From the human T2T-CHM13v2.0 reference genome, Homo sapiens: a stretch of 64,000 nucleotides of DNA. Below the pieces are notes generated by a model. It was not told the DNA's origin. It did not search any database and was given only the letters and a program-made list of their open reading frames with translations. This document shows, piece after piece, positions 1 through 13,530 of this stretch (position 1 is the stretch's first letter; each line of letters starts with the position of its first letter). Position numbers and translations under genes: made by a program. The DNA lies in the NCBI RefSeq assembly GCF_009914755.1, contig NC_060930.1; one strand, 5' to 3'.

Positions 1-56
1 AGAGTTAGAGAATGCTTTTTCTAGCACAAGATTTAGATTAGCTCTGTGGGGTGTAC
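1..56 (-). other. COL10A1: Start of the COL10A1 3'UTR (continues beyond the window)
   Basis: Immediately follows the TGA stop at 57-59 on the minus strand. Confidence 0.9.
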
Positions 57-2006
<1,950 letters not shown>

Positions 2007-4569
2007 TCATTGCCTTTCAAACTATGAATTGGGACACGATATTTCAGCATCATTTATTCCATGTAGACAGAACAGTCTGAAATGGTTTTAGATTATATGT
2101 TTTATACTGTTTTAAAAAATTCTGCTGGAGAAGATGGTTTCACAAAACCATGGCTACCATAATACTTTTATCCCATGACAGTGATTCATGAAAATGAGCT
2201 AGGATTGAAGAATTCCTCTAGAATAAGTGCAGTGGAGGTAAATTTAGTACATTTATTTTGGGAAAATCATGTACAGAAAAGGCAGAAAAAGACAGTGCAG
2301 AATAAGTGAGAAAATGTTTAAGAACTATAAAAATTTTCCCTCCCAAAGCTACCCTGTCAGACATAAAAGAGAAACAGAATTAATTCTGATTTACATCTGC
2401 CATGCCTCTGCTGAACACAGGTTAGATTTTGGTTGATTTACTTTTACCTCAGAATATACTCTGAGCTCTTATACTCTCCATTATTGACTTAAAATTGAAA
2501 CAAAGAACTAGAGAATTAGACATAATAGGTGAGGTACATAAAATAGTATTAAAGTTCTTACCTAAATACAAATATATAGTGTTTGATTTCATAGAGCTGT
2601 GAGTTCACTTGACCTGATAAACTAAACTTAAACTAAAAATCATAGTGCCTGTGATGTGAAAAATGCGGCTGGGCCACAAGTATGGGGAAAGCACAGGGTA
2701 CAGATGTTTCTGAGATTTGGAAAACATTTGGTGTATATAAATGCAGAGCGAATCATTAAAATAGATATGCCGAAATAGGAAAATAATTGTTTCAGATTTA
2801 GATTTTTTTTTACTAATTAGAGTTATATTTCAATTTGAAAACATTGATTAATATAAATACATAGAGCTTTCCCCATGGATTTTCAGAAAATGACATCAGG
2901 AAAAAGACTGTGAGAAAAATTTATGTAAAAGATTTCCGTATATTAAATATTTCATTGATTGTAGTGTACATACATGATTATATTATGTATAAGTGGATAT
3001 TGATATATTGCAAATAGAGGAATAAATAAGGAATTTTTTAATGGGTTGGAGGAATAAAATAGTGGATTTTTTAAAATGCCAACTATGTTAGATTGAGCTT
3101 TGCTTTAGAATCTGATTATAAGGGTCATGTTCACACTAAAAATAATTGTCTTAGTCTGATTGGAAATCTGTTTTACTATTAAAAAGGAGAAACAAGTCAA
3201 TGGAAATGAGTGCATTGGGCGTCATCCGAGACTGGAACTCCAGTGACAGGGCGAACTTTGTCACTTGGAATGTTGTCCTAATGGGTCTCAACTTCTCAGT
3301 GCGAGAAAGAATTTGGCTTCTATTGAATGCTTGGGGGACAGCCCCTGTTTGTAGGTTGTCATCTGAAAAAATTTTCTTCATTCAAGATTAGGGTGGCACA
3401 ATCCTCAAGGTAAAACGACTACTTCCTTCTATTAAGTTTTTTAAATGCCACAAACTGAAATCGTGATTGGTTGTGTCAGAATGTGGCACGTGCATCTGCC
3501 CACCAGCTGTGGAATCCTCTGCAGCATAATTTAGTATGTTTTGACAGAACTCTTTTTTAACCTGTGTTGGATGGATATGCCTAGGAATTATGTAATAACT
3601 CTTTGAATTCCTGTTTCAACTTAATGTCTTACTTGTATAGACTGTGGGCTTTTGTGTTTGTTATGGTGCATTAATGTCTGCCAATGGATGATAGTGTAGT
3701 TGAGTGTCTATCTAAAAAGAGACTAAGGTGGATTTAGTAGTTTAAATACAGCTTCTGAACTTTTCATTTGTTAAGATATTTTCATTTGTTCTGCAAAAGT
3801 AGCCAAGATAATGGTGTATATTAAGAGAAGATCAAAGTATTTTTAACCTTCTAAAATAGTGCATTTTCTTTTTAATTCAAGACTTTGTTATGCTCTTATT
3901 AAGGTGTTAAAAAGTCTGATTTTTGTGATCATGGAAACTATTGAATCCAGTGCTGTTTGTCATAGCATTTCAAATTGTGTTTGTTGCTTCAAGTAAAGCG
4001 GAAGGTTGCTTTGTCTTTTATTTTTTTCTTTACTAGCCTTTAAATTTTAAAATTTTTATTTATATTTTGAGACATTCAAAAGTATCTGTTGTATACCTGT
4101 GCATTTATTTTCAAATATTAAGTTTCCTTTTGTGAAATATTTTAAATTCCATCTTTCTTCTTAAAAAGACAATTCTATAAGTTTCATTGCTCAAAATGGT
4201 TGTTCCCAAAAGCATAATATTTAAACTTTATAACAAATATCCTTAGCTTTATTTACAGTATAAAATATATAATTAAAAAATTATGGAAAGGGAGTTTGAA
4301 GCCTACAGTCAGTTTATATTATTCTGTAGATATTTTATAGGCGGTCGTGTCAGTTGCTGTTAAATAAAATTAGTGAATATGAGGCCTAGAAGTTGCCCTC
4401 CTTTGAGAACCTTAGTGCTTTACATATATTATCTCAGTAATCTTCAAAGAGTAACCAAGAAAACTGGACAGGTAAGCAACAGATTCAAGAAGAAAGTTAA
4501 CTTATTGAAGGCTATATTAGTAGCTAAAAGTAGTAGAAATAAAACTAGGAGTAACAGAAGTAGTAGTAG

Positions 4570-4710
4570 AAGTAATAGCAACACTTAAAGCACTTTACAG
4601 GTATTAATTCATTTAAACTTCGCAGCAGCCCTTGAGATAGCTGCTCCTTATTTTACAAATGAGGAAACTAAGGCATGGGAGGACAAGTAACTTACCTCAG
4701 GTCACACAGC
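4570..4710 (-). mobile_element. MIR SINE in COL10A1 intron 2
   Basis: MIR core ttttacaaatgaggaaactaaggc...aagtaacttacctcaggtcacacagc. Confidence 0.75.
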
Positions 4711-5212
4711 TTATGCATTACAGTTAAGTCTCTGCATTTTACCGCTAAACTATATTCAAAATGTATAAGTAATTATGAGAATTGCAGTTTCATTTGCCTG
4801 CTTGGCAATTCTCATAATTACATTTGTTCATTGTTGGGGGGGAGGCCATCAGATTTTTTTGATAAGACTCGGTTTTATATCTGTTTGTGGGCTAGTTGAA
4901 TTAGTTTTAAAAGTAAATGTTTAATATTTAGCTAAATAAACCAGCTACCTTCTTTATACAATTGGCAGTTATTTTTAGCTTAAAATTTTTAAACTTGATT
5001 AGTTTTGATTAGATCAAGATTTCTGGATTACATGCAGTTATTTGTGCAAAAGCAGCATCTGAGAAAAAAATTTGTACACACAAAAGTTCTGATTTTTTGC
5101 AGGTATATCTTTCAACTATATTTTCAAGTATATCCTTTCTACTACACTTATTGGATATTCTTGTTCTACTTTTTTCACAGATCACTTTGTTGTAATAATT
5201 TGGGCTAATTCA

Positions 5213-5527
<315 letters not shown>

Positions 5528-6036
5528 TTATTAACCTATTTTTTTATTCTCATGTTTCACAGATGAGTTCTTTATACAGTTATCTACTTTTTTAACCTAT
5601 CCTATATATTTTTAATATGTGCCATAAATAAATGAGAGATCATTTTTTAGTTATGTGAATATATGTCTTAGTTATTTTTGGAAGCTATACTCAGGTAATC
5701 AAGTGAAAATAAAATGATTTACCTAAAGGAAAAGAAACAGAAATTAGGATTGGATGTCTGTATTAAATAATCTAGGATCTTTGACATAGCCTGAAATATC
5801 TAATAGTTTCAAAATACACTGAAATTCGGATTAGGGCAAATTTTTACAATATGGTTTTATTGGGACTATCATCCACAGACTGATGCAAAAAGAACTTTTG
5901 GAGTGCATTTTAGTAGAAACCCATTTTTTAAATCACTTTAATACTTCTAATACTTGAGAAAACTCAAGTATTTAAATCTTTAAAGTTTCTTTCCAAGCAA
6001 GTTAACATGGAAGTCCACCAGTAAGCGTACGCTTAC

Positions 6037-6118
6037 CTGCGTGCTGGGAGTTCCTGGAGATGGTGCCTTGGCAGCTTTCTGAAGCTTCCTCTGCCCAGAT
6101 GAGCAGTGCAGAAGGTGC
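6037..6118 (-). other. COL10A1: COL10A1 non-coding exon 1
   Basis: Strong donor GCAG|gtaagc at 6036-6031. TATAAATA lies ~30 nt upstream of the inferred start. The TSS position is approximate. Confidence 0.88.
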
Positions 6119-6139
6119 CTCTCAAGAGCTGTTCAGTGG

Positions 6140-6305
6140 TATTTATACTGTTTTTCCCTTACTACATGAGGTTACCCTGAGCTTAAGCTCCTCCCCTCAA
6201 AGTTGGTAAGCACTAATTATGGTGGAAAGTTCTATTGGGTAGGCACACAAGATCGGGCTGGGCTCTCCTTTTCCTTGTTTTCTTATTTAAAAATAAACCC
6301 ATTGT
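6140..6305 (-). promoter_or_regulatory. COL10A1: COL10A1 proximal promoter: TATA box (6140-6147), TGAGGG RUNX2-responsive 'HY-box'-like element (6194-6199), CCAAT (6234-6238), MEF2 consensus TTAAAAATAA (6287-6296)
   Basis: The motifs are read directly from the sequence. RUNX2 and MEF2C are established regulators of collagen X. The HY-box assignment is from memory. Confidence 0.8.
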
Positions 6306-7884
6306 CTTAAATATATATTAATAGTTTTAACCAAGGACCGTCTTTGTCTGTGATTCTATTTTATTAATTAATACTCTAGTGTTCAGGCTGGTTCGCGGTG
6401 GAATGATGATACCCCCTTTTTATTTTTGAAAAGCACATTCTTATGTTAATTGGTTGATATTATATAATATGTGGTAGTACATAAAAGCGGATAAAATTCC
6501 TTGAAGGGGGTACTGGATTTAGACCATCATCTAAATTATTGAGTTATTACATAAAGTTATCAATGTGTCTATTAATATTCATAAATTTTTGTGAAAATAG
6601 CTGACCCCAATTCTTAATTACTTTTAGGCTTTTAGGATTTAGATCCCTTATTCACAACACTACGCTATATTCAGTAAATGACTTCAGATTTTCTTGCTTA
6701 AATTTGGGTTTACTTTAGAGTTGCAGTAGAGTTTGCAAAAACCCCTTAATTTGATAATCTCATATTATGTTAATTTACATAAGATTGCTGTGTTTATTTC
6801 AGGAGAAAAAAATTTTCAAACTTTGCTTTCAGCTTAAAAAAAATATTATTGGCTTAACTTGCAGTTAGGAATCATCCCAATTAGAAACACTTTCCCTCAA
6901 AGGTGGAAGTAAACACTATTGTTGTCAATTTTGGTAGTTAGACTCTGTTTAACAATATTAGGAAGCCTTTAAAATCAGTTTTTAGGATCCTAAAAAATCT
7001 AATAAAGGTGGGAAGTTGAGAGTCCAAATTTTTCATCTTATTTAATTTCATCGTTTTGAATCAAAATCAAATTGACTATGCAGGTGAACTGGTTGAGGAG
7101 GACAATTCCATACACAGGCATAGACACATCATTTTTCTACCTCCACAGAATTAAAGTAGTATGGATTCAGGACTAATCAATAATTGAAATAATTGAAAGT
7201 TTGACCAGTGAATGAACTAAAGATTTGTCCTTTTTCTTTTCCCTTTCTCTCCCCTTCAAGCAATTTTCTGTATTTTAAACAAAGCCTTGTATAGCCCTTT
7301 ATGGAAATGTAAATGGATAAGGCATCTCATTGCCTCTCTCCTCTTGCTTGTAAGCATTTTGTTGATTGCCATATTAAAAAAATTTACATTGTTGTATATA
7401 TCTCTGTATAATACTCATAGATACATATAAAATATGTTTCTTATAGCAGTTTAGAATAACAAAATAGGAAAGTTTATAATTCATCATTTGGAAATTATAT
7501 ATGGAATAGCTTTTGTAATTATAATATGTACTCTGCTACATCTGTAGGAGACTACAAAAGATAAGTGAGAGAAAACACCTGCCTTTTGGCTTATGGCCCA
7601 TTTGGACACAATTTTGAAAAAGTAGGTGAGGTAACTTTATGGATGCTTTTGAATGCTAGGTTGAATTTGTTTTGAAAGGAATTATTAAAATATATATTTT
7701 AATATTTTGTGTGTATATATGGTGATACACATGCACACACATACTGCTATTTGCTTATAATTGAGACTGATACCCTGTTAGTTATCACTCGTGAACGTTC
7801 AGAAGACTAATTCTCAGCTCTTAATACATAGTGCTATGCCCCTGTGTATACCATTTGTTCATCTGTGGCTATTGCAACAATTTT

Positions 7885-7990
7885 CAGAGCCTTTCACTTT
7901 AACCTCTCTGGGTGTCTGTTTTTTATCAACACAATGAAAAGTTTGGACTAGGTGGTTTCTAAGCTCCTCCCAGTTTTAAAATTAGATTAT
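7885..7990 (+). mobile_element. MIR/MIR3 fragment
   Basis: cactttaacctctctgg...tggactaggtggtttctaagctcctcccag. Confidence 0.55.
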
Positions 7991-8119
7991 TCCTGTGCTT
8001 GAGGTATTCTGCTGTTCTCCATGGTCAGATGGTAGACTTGGCTCCAGTTAGTACTTATTAGAGACACAAAAAAATCCATACCAGGAGGTTGTATGTCTTC
8101 TTTTAGGGATATGTAAATA

Positions 8120-8450
8120 TATGTGGGTATTTGTCATTCTATACTCCCCTTTAGTTTTGGAAAATGTGGTGTCCTTATTGAATAAGCCTTGGACATTCAA
8201 CCCTTTTTGCAAATAGTGTACTTATTTCAGCACAAGGAATCTGACTGCTGTTTGCTTTGTTAGTCACATAAGAAGCACTGTCTTGTCCAAAACAGATTGT
8301 AGAATCAGAATATTTTCTAGCCACACCCCACCCAATTGTGTATTTAAAACTATTTTTACTCTGGGTGTTTACTTGTAGCTGTTTGAAGTGACTAGTCTGT
8401 GGCTTTATGAAGGAAACCCATTCCACTCAAAACAGAGAGCCATACTCTTT
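8120..8450. promoter_or_regulatory. COL10A1: Hypertrophic-chondrocyte enhancer of COL10A1 (~2.0-2.3 kb upstream of the TSS)
   Basis: Motif cluster: RUNX (TGTGGT 8165-8170; minus-strand GGGTGGGGTGTGGC ~8320-8333), AP-1-like TTAGTCA 8260-8266, forkhead TGTTTAC 8366-8372, MEF2-like TAAAAATAG. The minus-strand sequence resembles, from memory, the mouse Col10a1 distal 150-bp enhancer. Confidence 0.7.
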
Positions 8451-8666
8451 AAACTCTATAACCTGAGTAATTTTTTTAAATATCAAATATGAATAATGAT
8501 TTTTTTCACATCTGGCAGTTAGCTACTATTAAGCTTGCCTATTCATTTGTACATCTGTGGATCGTTAATTAATTCACCTTATGTTTCTTAAGTGCTTCTT
8601 AAGTGTTAGACATTAAGATAAATACTGGGTGAATAATATATATTCTATACCCTTAAAGTGTTTACA

Positions 8667-8825
8667 CAGTGGTTCTCAGCCTCTTTTCCCCACTCCTGCT
8701 GTCCTGAGGGAAATGCACAATTCCTTCAGCCTTTGAGGTTCATTAAAATAGTGGTGGTTCAAAGACTATATTTTCATGAAGCTCCTCAGGTGATCATGAT
8801 GGCCTCCTAAGTTAGAATGTATAGT
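8667..8825 (+). mobile_element. MER5-like hAT-Charlie DNA transposon remnant
   Basis: Starts with cagtggttctca; ends with aagctcctcaggtgatcatgat. Confidence 0.5.
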
Positions 8826-9325
8826 CTGATATCAGTGTTCTATTACCACCTTGTTAATATTAGTTACATTGGTTTTTGTTATTTGTGTTCATATGCTTTT
8901 TAAACTTTTTTACAGAAAACTTGTCTTTTATAGTAGTGAGAATAGTTACAATAAATGCCTATATGCCTGTCATTCAAACTGATCTCAACTCGCTGTCACT
9001 CAATTCTCTTTTCATTCACCACTCCTTCAAATTTTGAAGTAAATCCCATATATTGTACCAATTTACCTGTGAATATTTTGGTATATTTTTCCAGAAGAGA
9101 AGGAGTCTTTTTTCTTTAAAACAATGTCATCATCGTATTAAAAAATCAGCCATTTCTTAATATCATCAAATCCTGTAGTTCACATACATATATAGACATG
9201 TATATACACAAACATATGTATACACATGTCTATATTATATAGAAACACATACATACATATCCACATATATTTTTTATTGATTGATAAATTGTTTGTTGAA
9301 ATTAGGTTGATTCATATATCCCTGT

Positions 9326-9720
9326 TGTCATGGTTTGAATGTATCCCCCAAAGTTCATGTGTTGGAAACTTAATTCTTAATGTAACAGTTTTGGCAAGTG
9401 GGATCTTTAAGAGGTGATGAGGTTGCGAGGACTATGCCCTCATAAATGGATTAATGTTATTGTGGGAATGGGTTAGTTGTTGTGAGAGTGGGCTTTATAT
9501 AGAAGCAAGCTCGGCCCCCTTTTGCTCTCTTGCACACTTTTGCCCTCTTTTGCCCTTCTGCCTTCTGCCATGCGATACTACAGCATGAACGCTCTCTCCA
9601 GATACCGGTGCCATCCTCTTGGACTTCCTAGCCTTCAGAACTGTGTGCCGAATAAAGCTCTGTTCATCATAAATTACCCCGTCTGTGGCATTCTGTTATA
9701 GTAGTGTAAAATGGACTAAA
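9326..9720 (+). mobile_element. MaLR solo LTR (MSTB/MSTC-like)
   Basis: Begins tgtcatggtttgaatgtatcccccaaagttcatgtgttggaaacttaat and ends ttctgttatag...atggactaaa. AATAAA at 9651. 5-bp TSD CCTGT at 9321-9325 and 9721-9725. Confidence 0.85.
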
Positions 9721-11079
9721 CCTGTTACTCTAGGTGTCTTGTGTCACTTTTTACTCCCTTGCAGTTTATTTGTTGAAAAGCCGTGTCATCTGTCTCATGC
9801 AATTTCCTGTGATCTAGAATTTGTTGTCACTTAACTTGCTACTGTGGAGATTGGTAGTTAAATCTAGAGTTTTCATCTGATTTCAGGTTTGAGATACACA
9901 CATTCACTCACACACAGATACAGCACACACAAATACATTTTTTGGCAAGAACCCTTTACAGAGAGTGGTATGATATACTTCTGTTAGGAAGCCCTTAATT
10001 GCTGGTGTCTCTTTGGTGTTACTGGACATTGGTAATTGCCTACAGTCAATATTTTATTATAGGTTATAAAATGATGATATTCTGATTTTATCATTTGTAT
10101 TTTATTTATTAGCTAGGATATTCTCTATAAAGAAAAACACCCCTTCATCAACTATTTGATTACCCTGAAGTACAGTGTGTATAGAAAAAGCAGGAGAAAT
10201 GCCTTTACCAGCATTTAGAACAATAAGCTGCTCCCAGCATCCTCCACAGGTGTAGTGAGGAAAGTGTGTGTGTTTATCATTATAAACATTCAGTTTATAA
10301 TGTATTGTATGTGTTTCAGTCCGTGGCACTTATTAATCTTACTATTGTTCAGAATTTTTTCCCCATTTTTGGCCAGTGAGAGCCTCTCCTCTACCAGTTG
10401 GCTCCTGAGTTCTTTTGACCATGATCCCAGTAGTTTTTTTTATAGCTTCTTTCCTTCTAATGTTTTGTACCTTTCGTGGCCCAGATCTACAATAAGACAT
10501 TTCTCCACAGACTCTTAGTTTCTTTTGTGGGAAATAGAAACCACAGTCTGAGTGCCTGGATGTCTGGGTCCTAGGGATGCACATTGCTTCTGGGTTGGTC
10601 ATTCTATCTAGTGAACAGCTAAGAAACGTATGCACAGGGTGTTCATTAAATATAAGATATATGATAACATTTTACTGATGTAGCCAATGCACATTCAGGA
10701 CCACAGGTGTTTACTTAATGACCTCAATCTTGTATCTGTAGCTGCTTGGTCCCATGCTAAAAACCCTAGTACTCATGCCAGTAATATAGTTATTCATTTG
10801 TTTATTCCATGATACTCACAATTTCTCAAAATAAAAATACCAATATTCGTACCAGAATATTGAAAAAAAATATAAGCCGTTTGATTATGTTTGCAATTCT
10901 TTTGGTATTTTCACTAGAGCTGCATTACTGTGCTGTAAAGTCACATGACACAGTTGATTCAATGTGGTAATACTGCCCACTCAATTCACTGTTAGGTTTG
11001 TTTCATTTTGCTTTCAATTTTTATGAATGCTCTTTTTAAATTTAATTTGTTTTATACTTTCATAAAGTACATATGTTTT

Positions 11080-11232
11080 CTCTGGTGTTCGGATATATGT
11101 TTAACAACCAACCTGAGGGTGAAGGAGATGTGTTTGCTGATCTCCGTGGTATGGTCAGTTTCCAGAAAACCCGATCACAAAATACCTGAACATTCACCAA
11201 GAGCCAATATAAGCCAGCTCCAGCAAACATTG
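11080..11232 (-). mobile_element. MER63-like hAT-Blackjack remnant
   Basis: Reverse complement reads gctggagctggc...accacggagatcagcaaac...ggttgttaaacat. Confidence 0.55.
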
Positions 11233-11659
11233 TATATTTCTGAAGTCAAATTTATAAAACAAGGAATATTCAGAGAAGGGTAGCCTCTGTTACTGACCTA
11301 TCCACCCTGTGTTTCACCTTCCTTCTGTATGTAACTATTTTTAAAACATTGTTTTGATTTATCCTTTTTATTAAAAAATGTATTATTCATTTATATCCCT
11401 CCCAACTTCTTAAGTAAATGGCATCACAGTGTACATACTTTATTTTGTAAATGACTCAGTTTTTCTTGACCTGAACTGCAGCTTTATTATAGATAACAGT
11501 TTATATTGGAGATCATTGCAGAACATTGTGTAAAGATGGTCTGCATTCCTTTTTACAGCTTCATGGTACTCCATTGTATAGATGCACCATAGTTTTTTCA
11601 ACCATTGCCCTATAGGTGGACATCTGTGTTATTTCCTGTCTTTTGCCAATACAAATACT

Positions 11660-12090
11660 TTTTTTTAACTTTTAAATTCAGGGGTACAAGTGCAGGTGTG
11701 TTACATAGGTAAACTTGTGTCATGGGGCTTTATTGTACAGTTTATTTCATCACCCAGGTATTAACCCTAGTATCCATTAGTTATTTTTCCTAATCCTCTT
11801 CCTCCTTCTACCCTCCACCCTCTGAAAGACCCCAGTGTGTGTTGTTCCTCTCTATGTGTCCATGGTTTCTTATCATTTAGCTCCTACTTATAAGTGAGAA
11901 CATGCAGTATTTGGTGTTCTGTTCCTGTATTAGTTTGCTAAGGATAATGGCCTCCAGCACCACATGTGTTTCTGCAAAGGACATTATCTTATTGTTTTTT
12001 ATGGCTGCATAGTATTCCATGGGGTATATGTACCACATTTTCTTTATCCAGTCTATCATTGATGGGTATTTAGGTTGATTCCATGTCTTT
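11660..12090 (-). mobile_element. L1PA13-like 3' end inserted into an older L1ME (~11390-12470)
   Basis: L1 3'UTR plus ORF2 C-terminus (MLKTWNQPKYPSMIDWIKKMWYIY). TSD ACAAATACTTT at 11651-11661 and 12094-12104. Confidence 0.85.
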
Positions 12091-13455
12091 AACACAAATA
12101 CTTTATAGTGAATAACTTTGTGTGTGGGTGTATATGTAGCCTGAATGTCTTTGGGAGAGAGTCATAGAATGGGGATTCATGGCCTTGTTTCCCCTCAGCA
12201 TCACCAACAGGATATGTTGTTTAGATTTTGTTGAACTTTTTAATTTTTGTCCACCTTAGAGGTGAAAATTGGAATCTCAGTCTAGTTGTAGTTTTCATTC
12301 TTCTTACTGAAAGCATGGTTGAGTATCTTTTCATATAGCTTAGACCATTTCTCTAGCCTACTTTTCCTGTACATGTTCTATAACTTAAACCTCTGTTCTG
12401 TGATATAGTTTTCACATATTTTTCCCAGTTTATTTGTCTTTTTAATTTGCTTATGAGTTTTTTTTTTCATGTAAAACTTTCTTTTAAGGTACATATGTCT
12501 TTATTCAGAATATTATTGTTCTTTCATAGACTCAGCTGTAAGGGGCAGGAAAGTTCATCCACATCAATCATTTTATTTTTCAGACAAGGAAACTAGTTTA
12601 TTATGCACATCCCCTGGCCTAATGTTTAACTGAGTTACATTTCTGATGTGACAAGCTGTTGGCGAGAGAGCCCACTGAGGGAAAACACCAGCGACTGGGC
12701 TAATGTGTTCACCCCCTGTTCTGGCAGGATACTGACTTTCCTGTTCTTCTAATCCTTCATCCTTTTAGGGTAGAAATGGGAAAAGTGCCGAGAAGTTTAG
12801 TCAGGGCACCTTCCACCACCACCTTGCTGTACCTCATTCCTCTTGAAAAAATTTTAAAAGAACATTCTTAGGTGCCATTATAGAGCCCAGAAGCTAAAAA
12901 TGATCTATTTGTGTAAATAGTCTAATGTGCTTTAGTGGTTAGATACCTGCTGAGAGTTTGAAAAGAGAAATTCATGCATAAAAACAGGTGTTTATGAAAA
13001 ACCCCTGAAACGTCAGATCAGGTCAAGAAAAACTGAGAGTCATTTACAAAGTTTTAACAAGGGCTTTATATTCTGTTTTCCGTTATACACAAATTGCTAC
13101 ATTACTTGAAGAGCTCATAGTTTCGTGCGCCAAGTGCTTAATGACATCACCTGCTTTCCATAGTAACCCAGCTGAGTTAAAAATATAGAATGTCTTGGCC
13201 CCTTGACCTAAGATCTTCAGGGATCTTGGCTACCCAATGGGTTCTCAACCATTCACACATGTTAGTTCCTACTCTGTTTACAACTTCAGCTTTCACATGC
13301 AGTTTCTGCTAAGTTGGAAGGAGAAATTATAGCAAATTAAAGTGTTAATTAGAGAAGTCACAGGGTAACACTTTTTATTTAGATCTCTTTGTTCCTCTGT
13401 TTGCCATCATACTTGAGAACAACTCCACAGTCACCATCTATAGTGTACAAAGTAA

Positions 13456-13530
13456 AGTACTTGTAGGGTACACGAGTACCTGTAGAATATTAAGTACCTA
13501 TAGGGCACCTGAGTACCTGTAGGGTCTGTG
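13456..13530. repeat. Degenerate minisatellite, 4 x ~19 bp (AGTACCTGTAGGG core)
   Basis: Units start at 13456, 13475, 13493 and 13512. Confidence 0.8.

Larger units (their letters stand above)
8895..11340 (-). mobile_element. Old L1MC-type 3' end, interrupted by an MST LTR and MER63
   Basis: Degenerate L1MC 3'UTR motifs, e.g. atttattagctaggatattctctataaagaaaaac at ~10105. Boundaries are approximate. Confidence 0.5.

Noticed and set aside
8175-8426. 83-aa minus-strand ORF
   Set aside because: No recognisable protein and a non-ATG start. It overlaps the enhancer, which explains the sequence complexity.
13456-13530. CRISPR-like repeat-spacer interpretation of the 19-bp repeat
   Set aside because: Human intronic context, variable parts only ~6 nt, no cas genes. 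An ordinary degenerate minisatellite.
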